Of a stretch of 64,000 nt of DNA, positions 14,730 to 26,792 are shown one piece after another (the stretch's first letter is position 1; each line of letters opens with the position of its first letter). The notes under the pieces are model-generated. The model was given only the letters and a program-made list of their open reading frames with translations, searched no databases and had not been told where the DNA came from. This stretch comes from the human T2T-CHM13v2.0 reference genome, Homo sapiens. The translations under genes and the position numbers were made by a program. The DNA lies in the NCBI RefSeq assembly GCF_009914755.1, contig NC_060933.1; one strand, given 5' to 3'.

Positions 14730-16129
14730 AGGCGGGGGGGGGTGGTGAGGCTTGAAAACAAGGCAAAAAAGGAAGGAAAAAAAAACACGCAGACAGCAGA
14801 GAGGAAAGGAGAGAATAGGAGAGAATGAGGGTTGATTAAGTTTGGCAAGGAAGAAAAGAGAAGGAAGAGAGGGAGTTTAAAAAGAGAAAGGCAGCAAGAG
14901 AAATAACAAAGGAAGAATCAGGAGAGAGAAGGAGAGATTAACTTACTTTAACTAATCAACTACTATGAGAATGCCAAGCATTGTTGGGGATGCTTCTGCA
15001 CACCACCTCATCTAATTCTCACAACCACCTTGTGGGTACACATAATGAAGCTTCATTGTTATTAATAAAGAAGTAGGGGACTCAGGAAGTTGGAACCCTT
15101 TGCCCTGAGGCTATACTGATAATACAGGGCAGAGGGATTTGGACCTCCCATCTCTGACTTTTAAAAGCTTGGAGGACTCTGCTTGCCATCAGGGAGCTTC
15201 ATGGGAGGCCCTGTGATCTGGATGGTCCGTGACAGTCTCCTCTAAGGGGGTTGTTTACACACTTAGACACTAAGAGCTTAAGACTTGAAGGGACTGCTAC
15301 ATATACAAAGCTCTGGATTCAGAGCTATCTGGAAACTTTCTCCAGGGTAAATAAAAACAACCACTTCAACAATGTTGCCAATGAATCTCTCTCCAAAAAA
15401 GAAAAGGAAAGGAAAAGGGAAAGTGATGCTATTTTTTCCCCCTCCAAAGTAAAGGTTACAACAACATTTTCTTTGAGCTGATGTGAGAGCAGCCAGCAGA
15501 CATTTCTTTGGTAACCATCTCCATGTGTCTGTGTGGAAAGTACCTTGCAGTGACTAAGTGTTCGTTGAGGTGATTCACTTGTCACTGCGCTTGGGGACTT
15601 TGGACTAGTCCTGGCAGCTGCAAAGTTATTTTCATCGGCTTCTGACCCAGGCCCTCCCTGCAGGGCACAGGTGCCTGAGAATGTACCCCTGTCTCTGCTC
15701 ACAAGGTGAGCAAGGGGGCCTGGAAGACAAGCTCTCTCTGGACTCCTGGCAAGACTTCTAGAAAGTCCTAGCTGCTAATTTCCTTGGCAGCCTAGGAGTC
15801 AAGGGTCTGAGGCAGCACTCAGGGCTTGAAATGAAATGAAGCTCATTTACTGAGCATCTAGGATATGCCAGAAGTTTTCTCTTCATTTGTCTCATTCTTC
15901 TTCACAGTAATCCAAATAAATGTTTTCTTTTGTCATTGAAACGGAGACCCTAACAGAGCAAGAGGCCTGACCTTCACACCTATGTAACCCAAGGTCACAG
16001 AAATGCTGAGGGGCCATGTGACTCCAGTGAAGCAGGAGTATCCATCCAGCCACAGAGATGGGACCTGTCCAAATGGGACCTGTCTGTTCCAAAGGTTATT
16101 CTGCTTGGTAAGTCTGTTTAGATTGCAAT

Positions 16130-17170
16130 ATTTTATTAAAATTATATACACATAGAAAAGGGCACCTAGAAGTATACAGGTTGATAAATGTTCACAACCT
16201 GAATAGAGCCTATAATTAACACCCAAATCAAAAAGCAGAACATTCCCTCTGGTCACCTGTCTCCAAGATGACTGCCATCAGTTCATTTCCTCCAAGTATA
16301 TTAATGTCCTTTTCCTGGAGAAGTGGAATTCTTCCTCTTTTCCCCTTGAATTTGGACTGGCTTTAATGACTTCTTTGACCATAGAATGAAGCGGAAATGT
16401 TGCTAGGGCTAGATCATAAAAAACCTTGCAGCTTCTCCCTGGGTCTCTTGGAAACCCTCTCCAGGAGCTCTGAAATACTACATAAGAGGTCCAGCTACTC
16501 TGAGACTGCCATGTTGGAGAGGCCACATATAGGCACTCCTGTTGACAGTTCCAGTGGAACCCAGACTTCTGGTGATCCCTGACAAAGCAGGAAATTTGTT
16601 AGGAGAGTTTTCTTGGACCCTGCAAAGCAGCCCATTTGCCAGCTAAAGACCACTGAGTGACCCCTGTCAAAACCACATGGAGCAAAAGAATCACCCACCT
16701 GAGCCCTGACCAAACTTCTGACCCACAAAATCATGAGATATAATGAAATGATTGTTGTTTTAAGCCCCTAAGTTTTGGGGGTAATTTATTAGGCAGTGAT
16801 AAGAAAAGTAAATATAATCCACCAGCGCAGAAGCCCCCAGTTGACCCTTTCCAGTTATTATGCTCCCTTCAATGGTAACCATGTGTCAACTTCCTCTACC
16901 ATAGATTGGTTCTGCCTGTTTTTATGGCTTCTATCAATGGAATCATACAATATCTTCTTTTTTTGTGAGCCTGGCTTCTTTGGCTCAATATTATTTTATA
17001 AAATTCTTCCCTAATGTTGCATGTAGCTGCAGATTCTCATTCTCATCATTGTAGTCCAATGTGTGACTATATTAATTTATCCATTCTATTATTGATAGAC
17101 ATTTGAGTTGTTTCCAGCTTTTGGCTATTATGAATAACATCGCTATGAACATTTCAGTGTGTGTGCATTT
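16130..17170 (-). mobile_element. Old L1M 3' fragment interrupted by an MLT1 LTR
   Basis: 'atggaatcatacaata', 'tttatccattctattattgatagacatttgagttgtttccagcttttggctattatgaataa' are L1 3' region on the minus strand. Confidence 0.75.
16250..16805 (+). mobile_element. MLT1 (F/G-like) LTR
   Basis: 'ccccttgaatttggactggc', 'gccatgttggagaggccaca', 'ctgacccacaaaatcatgaga...ttgttttaagcccctaagtttt'. Confidence 0.75.
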
Positions 17171-17279
17171 CTGTTTGATATATACATGTGTCTCCATATA
17201 TATACATGGAGAGAGAGAGATGGGGGTGTGTGTGTGTGTAGATATGTATATAGCTGTGTGTCCACCTATATACATACCT

Positions 17280-17370
17280 ATATCCATCTATATCTGTATC
17301 TATATCTATATCTATATCTATATCTATATCTATATCTATATCTATATCTATATATACACACACACACCCC
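17280..17370 (+). repeat. (TATATC)n then (CA)n compound microsatellite
   Basis: Directly visible; source of the IY/DI/LY repeat ORFs. Confidence 0.95.
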
Positions 17371-17394
17371 ACAGTGTTATAGGTCTCATATATA

Positions 17395-17436
17395 TTAGGT
17401 TGGTGTAAAAGTAATTGTGGTTTTTGCCATGACTTT
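17395..17436 (+). mobile_element. Half MADE1 / Hsmar1 mariner TIR
   Basis: TTAGGTTGGTGTAAAAGTAATTGTGGTTTTTGCCATGACTTT after a TA; second arm absent. Confidence 0.85.
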
Positions 17437-17454
17437 TTTCTCTCTCTCTCTGTC

Positions 17455-17490
<36 letters not shown>

Positions 17491-17605
17491 CACACACACA
17501 CACATACACACACACACATACACATTACTTACAAGGTTTTAAACACTTTATTCCCCAGCAATTCCTCTCCTGGGGGTGGTGTGTATGTGTGTGTATATAG
17601 GTGTA

Positions 17606-17984
17606 TGATATAGTTTGGCTGTGTTCCCACCCAAATCTCATCTTGAATTATATTTCCCATCATCCCCATGTGTCATGGGAGGGACCTAGTGGGAGGTAAT
17701 TGAATTATGAGAGTAGTTACCCCCATGCTGCTGTTCTTGTGATAGTGAGTTAGTTCTCATGAGATCTGATGATTTTATAAGGGCCTTTTCCGCCTTTTGC
17801 TTGGCACTTCTCCTTGCTGCCACCATGTGAAGAAGGACATGTTTGCTTCCCCTTCCATCATGATTGTAAGTTTCCTGAGGCTTCCCCAGCCATGCTGAAC
17901 TGTGAGTCAATTAAACCTCTTTCCTTTATAAATTACCCCGTCTCAGGTATGTCTTTATTAGCAGCAGGAGAACAGACTAATACT
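17606..17984 (+). mobile_element. THE1C solo LTR
   Basis: TGATATAGTTTGGCTGTG...GACTAATAC; ATTAAA signal; TSD GTGTA/ATGTA. Confidence 0.9.
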
Positions 17985-18330
17985 ATGTATATAGGTATGC
18001 ATATAGGTGTGTGTCCAACTATATACATACCTATGTACACCTATATATATATATACACACACACACCTCCCCAGTCTTATAGGTCTCATATACATATACA
18101 CACACACATATATATAGGTCTTCTAGGGTATGTGTACACACACACACACACACACACACATTACTTACAAAGTTATAAGTACTTTATTCCCTAGCAATTC
18201 CTCTCCTACGGTGTGTGTGTGTATATATACACAGGTTTTCAAAATTGTTGTACTTGGTTTATATGCTTCTCAACCGTGTTTGATGGTTGCTCCATATTCT
18301 CCTTAGAACTAGCTGTTTTCTGTCTTTTTC

Positions 18331-18640
<310 letters not shown>

Positions 18641-19304
18641 CTGTCTTTTTCATTTTGCGTTTGAGGATCTTGTACAATTAGCTAGCACACAACAAATAAC
18701 AGGGCTGTCCACCTGCCAACATGGCATCTGAGACATGCAAGCTAAATGCAGAAAAATTGAGTTCCCTTGACACAGATGGGCTCCTTCCATGAAAGGGAAA
18801 GAATATTATAATTATTTGTTCATATCCAAGAAGAAGGTAGCTGGGTTCAGCTTTCACTGCCTTATTCTTCTGGAGAGTTTCTGTTTTGTAAGTCAGGCTC
18901 ACTGAAGATGTGATAGAGGAAGTGATTGAGATTCTGATTATTTTCTTCATTCTTGGGCCCTGAGTCATCTCCAGGCCATGGGGCATTTGGGAAAAGGTGA
19001 GGCGGAACATGGCAGTTGGGTTTATTTTAGGGCAATCAGATGGCTGGGTCATAAAAACCTGTTCAGGGGACTTGAAAATTCACTCTGCTGCATGCTCCAT
19101 GACTCATACATTTTTGCTTCCTAATTGATGTGACAAGACATCCGGGCACACTAAACTCAATATTACAAGGAAAAAAACAAGAGCGTGACTGATTTGGGTA
19201 GATGTATTGAGCTTATGGCAGCTGAAAAAAGTACTGTCCTCGTGTGACTAAATTTTCTTAAATCCAGTCGAATCACAGATTTTGAAAAATGGCAGAAACT
19301 TGGC

Positions 19305-19775
19305 ATGATGGTTAGTTTTTTGTGTCAGCTCAGTTATTTAAGCAAACACTAATCTAGACGTTGCTGTGAAGGTATTTTGAAGAGGTAAAGGAAATCACTT
19401 GTCCTTAAGTAAAGGAAAGAACTGGGCCTCATTTAATCAGTTGAAGGCGTTAAGAGCAAAACTTGAATTTTCCTGGAGAAGACAAAATTCTGACTCAAGA
19501 CTGCAGCATCAATTCTTGGCTGAGTTTCCAGTCTGCCAGCCTAGCCTATGGATTTCAGACCTGCTAGCCTCACAATTCAATGAGGCAAATGAGATATGTA
19601 CGTGTGTATACACATACAAATACACACATACATGCATATATACATATATGTATATATACATGTGTGTATATACATACACACATAGATGGAGGAGTGGATA
19701 GATAGATTAATAGATAAATAGATGGATAGTTAGATACTATTGGTCTTCTTTCTCTGGAGAACCTTGACTGATATA
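19305..19775 (+). mobile_element. MLT2 (ERVL) LTR with internal microsatellite
   Basis: 'tgatggttagttttttgtgtca', 'gttgctgtgaaggtattt', end 'ctctggagaaccttgactgatata'. Confidence 0.8.
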
Positions 19776-20283
19776 TATGATATAAATGAAATGAAACAAT
19801 CCAGAAAAAATTTTCAGATTTTGATCAAAGGACAGGCCATCCTGTTGCTATGATGTGCTTGGAATGGGCGCCTGAGGGTAGGTATGATTATCAAGCACCT
19901 TCCCTGCTTAGCCTGACTCAATTGTAGAAAAATGAAGCTGAAAAACACACTATGGCTACTCATGAAAAGTTCTGGATGGTAAGTTGAGATTTCTGTTGAA
20001 TCCTATGGCCAAATTCTAGATCATGTTTAGCCCTATCTGGTTCTATAGAAATCCTTCTTTCATGATTGACTGGCTACAGGTGAAAACAACACTCTTTGAT
20101 GTAATTAGGAATTAACCTGGAGGAGTCCTCCATGAATACCTGTTCTTTCCAAACCCATTCTGTCTGAACACATCAATATTCTCACCAACTTAGACTGAGC
20201 ACGGACCAGCACAAGACTTACACTCAGGGAAATCTGTTTTGTCTTTTCATAAATAAAGTCAATTAAGTAATTCTTAAAAACAA

Positions 20284-20576
20284 TTTTTTTTTTTTGAGAC
20301 AAAGTCTGACTCTGTAGCCCAGGCTGGAGTGCAGTGGCACAATCTCAGCTCACTGCACCTCTGCCTCCCGGGTTCAAGTGATTCTCCTGCCTCAGACTCC
20401 CAAGTAGCTGGGATTACAGGTGTGTGCTGCCACACCCAGCTAATTTTTGTATTTATAGTAGAGATGGAGTTTCACCATGTTGGCCAGGCTGGTCTGGAAC
20501 TCCAGGCCTCAAGTGATACACCTGCCTCGGCCTCCCAAAGTGCTGGGATTAGAGGTGTAAGCCAATGTGCCTGGCC
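20284..20576 (-). mobile_element. AluS
   Basis: Full dimer; TSD AAAAACAA at 20276-20283 and 20577-20584. Confidence 0.93.
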
Positions 20577-21299
20577 AAAAACAACTTTTATATTATTGAG
20601 TTGAAAAATAATCTTATATCTGAATAGTTAACTGATTTATCATTAGGGCCCCCATATGTGGATTTCTGTGTGATGGCAAAACAAAGACAAACTAACCCAC
20701 TTTGAATGTTTTTCCACTAGACCTTGCTATCTCAGGATTCTAATAACTCTCTGTACAACCTTGGATGGGTCACTTAGCCCTTCGACACTTAAGTTTTATT
20801 TAAAACTTAAGTCTCTGCCAGAGCAGAAAGGAACTTAACAGGTCACCTAATTTTGACATTGACAGAATGAAATAAGTGTCTCACAGCAGATTTCCTCATA
20901 GAAATAGAAAGCATCAACATTTTTAAGAGATCCACCCATAGGCCAGTCCCTGTTTTCACAGATGCTATGTCTTATGTCATGGATTCCAATGCTTCTAGCT
21001 CTCTGTAGAAAAATTGACAACCGTCATCTGCAATTTTGATACTGAACTCTGGGTAAGCCCAGTTTTGCCCATTGTTTGCCTTCCTTGGAGAGATTTTATA
21101 CACAAATCAATATTGAAGGACTTTAAACATCCTGTAATGTGCATATGTATCCATATGTACCCACGTAAGTAAGACACATCTGTAGAAATCAGGAGGACCC
21201 TCTTGCTACAGAACCAAGACCAAGGGCCCTTTTTAGAGAGACTTGGGAGGCTGTCTACTTCAAAAGCATTATCACTAGTCCCATGGCTCCAGGTGCTCC

Positions 21300-21900
21300 C
21301 CTGTTAATACATTCTTCTCCTGCAGCCAGGGTGAGATTCTAATATTCCATAGCATCACGTCCCTCCTGCAGAACCTACAAAGGCTCCCATTTCCCACTAA
21401 ATAAAACCCAAACTCCCTAGTCAGACATACATGGTGCCCCGTAATGTAGCCCTGCTCCTCTTGCCCTCTGTACCCTCACCATCCCCATCTCATCCGCAAC
21501 TTCCCAGGAACACACAGAATGAAGCTCTCCCTTCCCTGAATATGCCAGACTTCCCCTAATGTCCATGTCCATGCTATTGCCCTTGACTTTGCCCTTCTCA
21601 TCCCTTCTACCTGGGAAAATATATTTTAAAAGCTAGCTCAAGTATCACTTCCTCATTAAATCCTTCCAAGATTTCCTGGGAAGATTATTTTTCCGTTAAC
21701 TCACTCCTATAGCAGATTTCATGGATTTCAGTGATGGCCCTGATTATATAGGATTGAATTAGTTTTTTTGTGTTTGTTTGTTTGTTTGTTTAACATTAGC
21801 TTCCCCCTCTAGACTGTGAGCTCACGGACGGTAGAGGCTGAGGCTTGTTTCTGTTAATAGTTGTGTCCCCATCACCCAGCCCAGAACCTGGCACGGATTA
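21300..21900 (+). mobile_element. L2 3' fragments
   Basis: 'gcagccagggtgagattcta', 'tagactgtgagctc', 'ttgtgtccccatcacccagcccagaacctggcac'. Confidence 0.6.
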
Positions 21901-24900
21901 TTGTGGGTACAACTCAGAGTTCTAGTTGAGGTGTAAATGAATTATAAACATATAAAGAGGTACACAGCACTGAAAATAAGAAGGATGGCTATATTTCTGA
22001 AGGCACTTATACTCTAGAGGATAAACAGACACAAAGTTGATACCACATTGACGTCCAGGTGGAGCATGTGATGGCTAATGGCTCTGGTGCCTGCTCTTCC
22101 TTGGCCAGGCTGTTGGGGAAACTCATGCTGATGTGAAGTTGCCTCTCTGAGCTATCCCCTATGGAGGTTGGTGGTCCTGGGGACTCTGCAGGTCCATAAA
22201 ACCAATCTGTGAGCAAGACACCTTTGTGATTTTAAGCCACTGAGATTATTGGTGGTTCTCTGTTACTGGAGTATAACCCAACCTATGGTAACTAATATCC
22301 AACTCATGGCGCCATTCTTCTTAAGGACAGGAAAAGAGTCCTGGCTTGAAATGCAGGTTTATGCTTTGGGAAAACAAGTCCTGTTTTGAGATTTCCAGCT
22401 GTCCTGTTTTTCAACATGGCAGCCAGAATCTGCATCTTGGAGCCAGGTACTGTGTCCATTCTTGCCTAAGAGAGCATCCATTGGAAGTTCCCCTTTCAGC
22501 GTCATTGTGGATGCTATCCAGGGAGGTAAGATCTGGCTGAGATCTGTGTGAAGGGCTCTGCCCTTGGCCAAGAGTCCTCCTGTTTTCTGCCCTTGAACTA
22601 AAGGCCAGGAAGCCTCCTGTTTCCTGGACTCCCTCCTGAGTCCCAGGCCTGGATTATGGAAGAAGGCTGAGAGTAAGACATCAAGGTCAACACCCAAGGT
22701 GGTGATGAGTAATCTTGTTTGACCTGGAGTGTCAGTGAAATGGCTCCACTCTCCATTTCTCCCTAGCTGTGCAGAGGTGGCCCCACTGGGGCATGTGTGT
22801 GTTTTCTCAAAACCATTCTCTGAGACTGGTTTCATAGTTCCATTTTACCAACTGAAAACTGATGGGCAGAGAGTCTAAGGAATTCAAACCAATGTCACAG
22901 CTATTTGGTGATACAGCCTGAATTCAAAAGGGGGTATTTTAGTTTTTCGAGCTTTGGTTATTTCTACTACCACACAGTTGTAGAAGTGAGTTTCAATGAA
23001 CATGTATCGGGAACCTCTCTGTGGCAGGCATTGTGTGAACACCGGGCATGAATGTGAGCAAAGGTCAGTATCTACCCACGAAGAAGTTTCAATTTTGTTG
23101 GGGACCCAGGCACATAAATGAGTGATTATAGCAGACTCAAAAATGCCACATGTAAAGAACACTGGGGAAGAACCATCAGGGACGGCTTCCTGAAACAGGG
23201 ACCATGGGGCTGAGACCTGAAGTGTGAGGGGGGATGTTCTGGGCAGTGACAGGGGAGCAAAAAGAATTCTAAGCAGAGACTCTGGTACATACAAAGGCAC
23301 TGAGGTGTAAGACAGAGGGACTTGACAGGGAACTGAAAGCCTAGTTGGTGTGATAAAGAAGTGGTAGGCAGGGAATTTACAATCATCTGCAAGCAACCTA
23401 CAGCTCTCTGAAATTTGTGGGGGCCTTGAATAATTTAGATAATTGTAACACGTCTTCCCTTGGCTTGACATCAAAGCCACCTCTTCCCAGCAGCTCCTGA
23501 AGTTGCTGAGGATGCTGGCTCAGGGCCATTTATCACCACCCTGGCTGGACTGGTAGCTGGAGTGGTGGCAGGCCTGCCGCGAGGCCCATGAGGCAGTGAC
23601 GACAGTGCCCTGCAGGTACAGGTACTAAATGCATTCCAGGTAGGGCAGTGCTACAGCCTGACAACCTCCCAGGGGCCTCCACTGAAGGCAACAACAACAC
23701 TTTTAGAGGAGAAGGTAATTAGCTTTGTTTGGCGAGACTTCCACGGATTCTGTGCTGTGCTAGTTACTAAATATTGTCTCATTTGATTCTCAATCATCCC
23801 AAGTAGAGGGCTTTCTCCTTCTCGTTTTATAGGAGAAATTTGGCTTCTCAGGGTTTTGCACACCTTGTCCTGGGTTACACGGCTGGGATTCAAATCCAAG
23901 CTTTTTCATATCTTTCCCTCACCCAGTACTGCTTCTGTGAATTCTGGTTGTGGATTTTAACTAGAATCACAATGGAGAGAAATCGCCTCTAAAATGGGCA
24001 TATTGAATATTCCCTACATTTCATACAAAACAAAACTCATTCTTGGACCCCTTTGGTGGGCCTTGGCTTTTCCTGACCTGTTTTCCTGGGGGACTGGCTG
24101 GCCTGGTCATTTTCGGCAGTCTCTGTGCTGGGTCAGGCCATGCTGCCTTGGTGGCTCCTTCCTGCCTGAGGAACTATGGGGCCAGAAATGGTAACTCCTA
24201 CTTATTTTTAATCCTGGCCTTTAACCCAAGAAAGTCACCACTGGCTTTTGGAACAGGCTTCCCCCAGAATAAAGGGAGGAGGAGATTAACGATTCAAATG
24301 GGGAAGTGGTTCAGCAAGGAGGAGAGCGGGGAGGAGCAGGGTTCCTGAGACCCACAGGGGTCTCAGGAAGCCTGGCTGGAAGAGGAATCCCAGAGGAAAA
24401 CTCAGAGCATGCAGGAGGCTGGCAGTGTGCAAGGCCAGGGCGCAAAACGTGGGTGTGGCTTCTAGGGTAAGGGAGCAGGGAGAGGATGAAGGGGTAGGAG
24501 GCTGGGATTGGAGCCCTAGGAATAGGAAGTCGGTGAGGGAACGGTGCCTGGGGTGTGTTTTGGTTCTGCTTTCAGAACTAGAGCAGTGGTTTGGCTGCAA
24601 CATTCAAAGACCTGAAAATATGGAAGCAGACTTTGGGGAAGAGGACTACTGAGAATAGCAGTAGTGAATACGGGAAGTGCTGAGCCCAGGGCTCCACGGA
24701 GAAGCTGTGGCTTCTTTCCGGAGCCTGTCAGTCTACAAGAAGAGGACGTCCGGTTCCAAACTGTTCCAGGCCTGCTAGGGTCATCCAGCTGGTTCCCTCT
24801 GTCTTTTGCTGAACGTCCTCACTCCAAACTTGCCCACATCAGCTTAATATACTTTGCAAACCTGAAGAGGACATAAAAGAAAAGTTGCTGTTAATTAAAT

Positions 24901-25464
24901 TAATTGTGTATTTATTCAGCATGATTTGTTGAGACCTAATCTGTACCAAGTCTTGGAATTTAGAGATGAACTGAAACTCACTGCTTGATGCAATTATATA
25001 ATATGGTGTGACTGGCAGTATAAAGATGCACATTCCCAGAGCTATGGAGCCCAGAGAGGGGAGAGGCTGAGCAGGCTCCGGGAGAGTAAAGGTCATTTTC
25101 CCAATAAGTTTGCAAAGATATGTACACCAACTTGACCAAGAGGAAAGCAAAGTTCAGGCCAGGCAGAGAGGCTACCTGTGCTGAAAGGAGGAAAGGAGAC
25201 GAAAGTGTTTGGCATCATTGGGAAAGAGCCAGGATTGGGCAAAGATGAGGCCAGGAATATAACAGGGATGGGGGGCATGAATTGCAGGCTATAGAACTTG
25301 GATTTTATTCCATAGGCACTGAGAACTAAGGAAGGTTTTTATGTAAAAGGTAAATGGAATCTTAATACTATATTTCAGGATACCAAATTTAGCATGATTA
25401 TGATGAATGATAATATTAATTATTGTAAATGATAGTGGTGATAAAAATACAAATAAATCCATCC

Positions 25465-25980
25465 ATCGTAGGTCAAAAATGATGGGCTATTACTCTCATG
25501 ATCATATTGCACTATATATGACTCCATCTTAGTGGACTGAAGCAGGAGATTCTCCTGCTGGCTTTGAAGAAACAAATTGCCATGTGGTGACCTGCTTATG
25601 GAGAGGTCCATGTGGCAGGGAACTGCGGGTCGTCTCTAGGACCTGTGGTTGGCCTCCAGAAAACAGCCAATAAAAACAGCATCTTCTGTCATGTATCTGC
25701 AAAGAAATGCATTCTCCCAACAACTCAAATGATCTTGGAAACAAACTCTTATCCAATTGAGCCTCCAGATGAGAACACAGCCTGCCTGACAACTTGTGAG
25801 ACCCTGAACATACAATGTTTGGTTTTCCATTCCTGAGTTACTTCATTTAGAATAATAGACCCTGAGCAGAGCTAAGTTATGCCCAGACTCCTAACCCATG
25901 GAAACTATAAAATAAATGTGTATTGTTTTAACCTGCCAGTTTTATGATAATTTGTTATACAGCAATAGATAACTAATACA
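25465..25980 (+). mobile_element. MLT1E-like LTR carrying a 49-bp foreign insert
   Basis: 'ctgctggctttgaaga', 'catgtggcagggaactgcgg', 'gagcctccagatgagaac', end 'cagcaatagataactaataca'. Confidence 0.85.
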
Positions 25981-26193
25981 GATTCTCCTAAATGAGCAGT
26001 GCAGGAATCTGCTTCTGGGAGACTATTATAGTTAACGTTAAGGATTACAAAACTGCAGATATGCCTGCTTTACAAGCTGGTATCATCTGCAGCTACCCAC
26101 AAAGTGGAATTTGAGAGCAAGTGCTATCCCACCAGGTGTTCCAGCCCCTAACAGCCCTCCATTGCATGTTGGCAATTGGAGAGTAAACTTCTT

Positions 26194-26494
26194 CTTTTTT
26201 TTCTTTTTTTTTTTGAGACAGTCTCACTCTGTTGTCCAGACTGGAGTGCAGTGGTGTGACCTCAGCTCATTGCAACCTCCAACTCCCAGGTTCAAGTGAT
26301 TCTTGTGCCTCAGTCTCCTGAATAGCTGGGACTACAGGTGTGCACCACCACACCCAGCTAATTTTTGTATTTTTAGTAGAGATGAGGTTTCATCATTTTG
26401 GCCAGGCTGGTCTTAAACCCCCAACCTCAAGTGATCTGCCCGCCTCAGCCTCCCAAAATGCTGGGATTACAGGCCTGAGCCACTGCACCTGGCC
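26194..26494 (-). mobile_element. AluS
   Basis: Full dimer; 13-bp TSD GAGTAAACTTCTT at 26181-26193 and 26496-26508. Confidence 0.94.
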
Positions 26495-26674
26495 TGAGTA
26501 AACTTCTTAGAGTCTTAGAGGCAAGGCAGTTAAGGAGAAGAGCAAAAGCTTAGTAGTCAGATAGGCCAGATACTACCATGCAACTTTTGCCTATATTTAT
26601 CTTTGTGTGACTCAGTTTTTTCATCTGTAGTGTTGGTGTAATCTACTTAGATATATCAAGAGGGTTTAAAAAAA

Positions 26675-26792
26675 TCAAAAACTACCTATGAGGTACTATG
26701 CTTATCACCTGGGTGGTGAAATAATCTGTAGGCTAAACATGATATAGTTTACCTATAAAACAAATCTGCACATGTACTCCGAACCTAAAAGT
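26675..26792 (+). mobile_element. Old L1PA 3'-end fragment
   Basis: 'aaaactacctatgaggtactatgcttatcacctgggtggtgaaataatctgta...ctgcacatgtactccgaacctaaaa'. Confidence 0.75.

Noticed and set aside
17103-17525. ORFs with IY, DI and LY dipeptide repeats
   Set aside because: Translations of (TATATC)n and (CA)n microsatellites
22884-23480. Longest ORF (198 aa, minus strand)
   Set aside because: Overlaps L2/MIR-like sequence, has a non-ATG start and no recognisable domain
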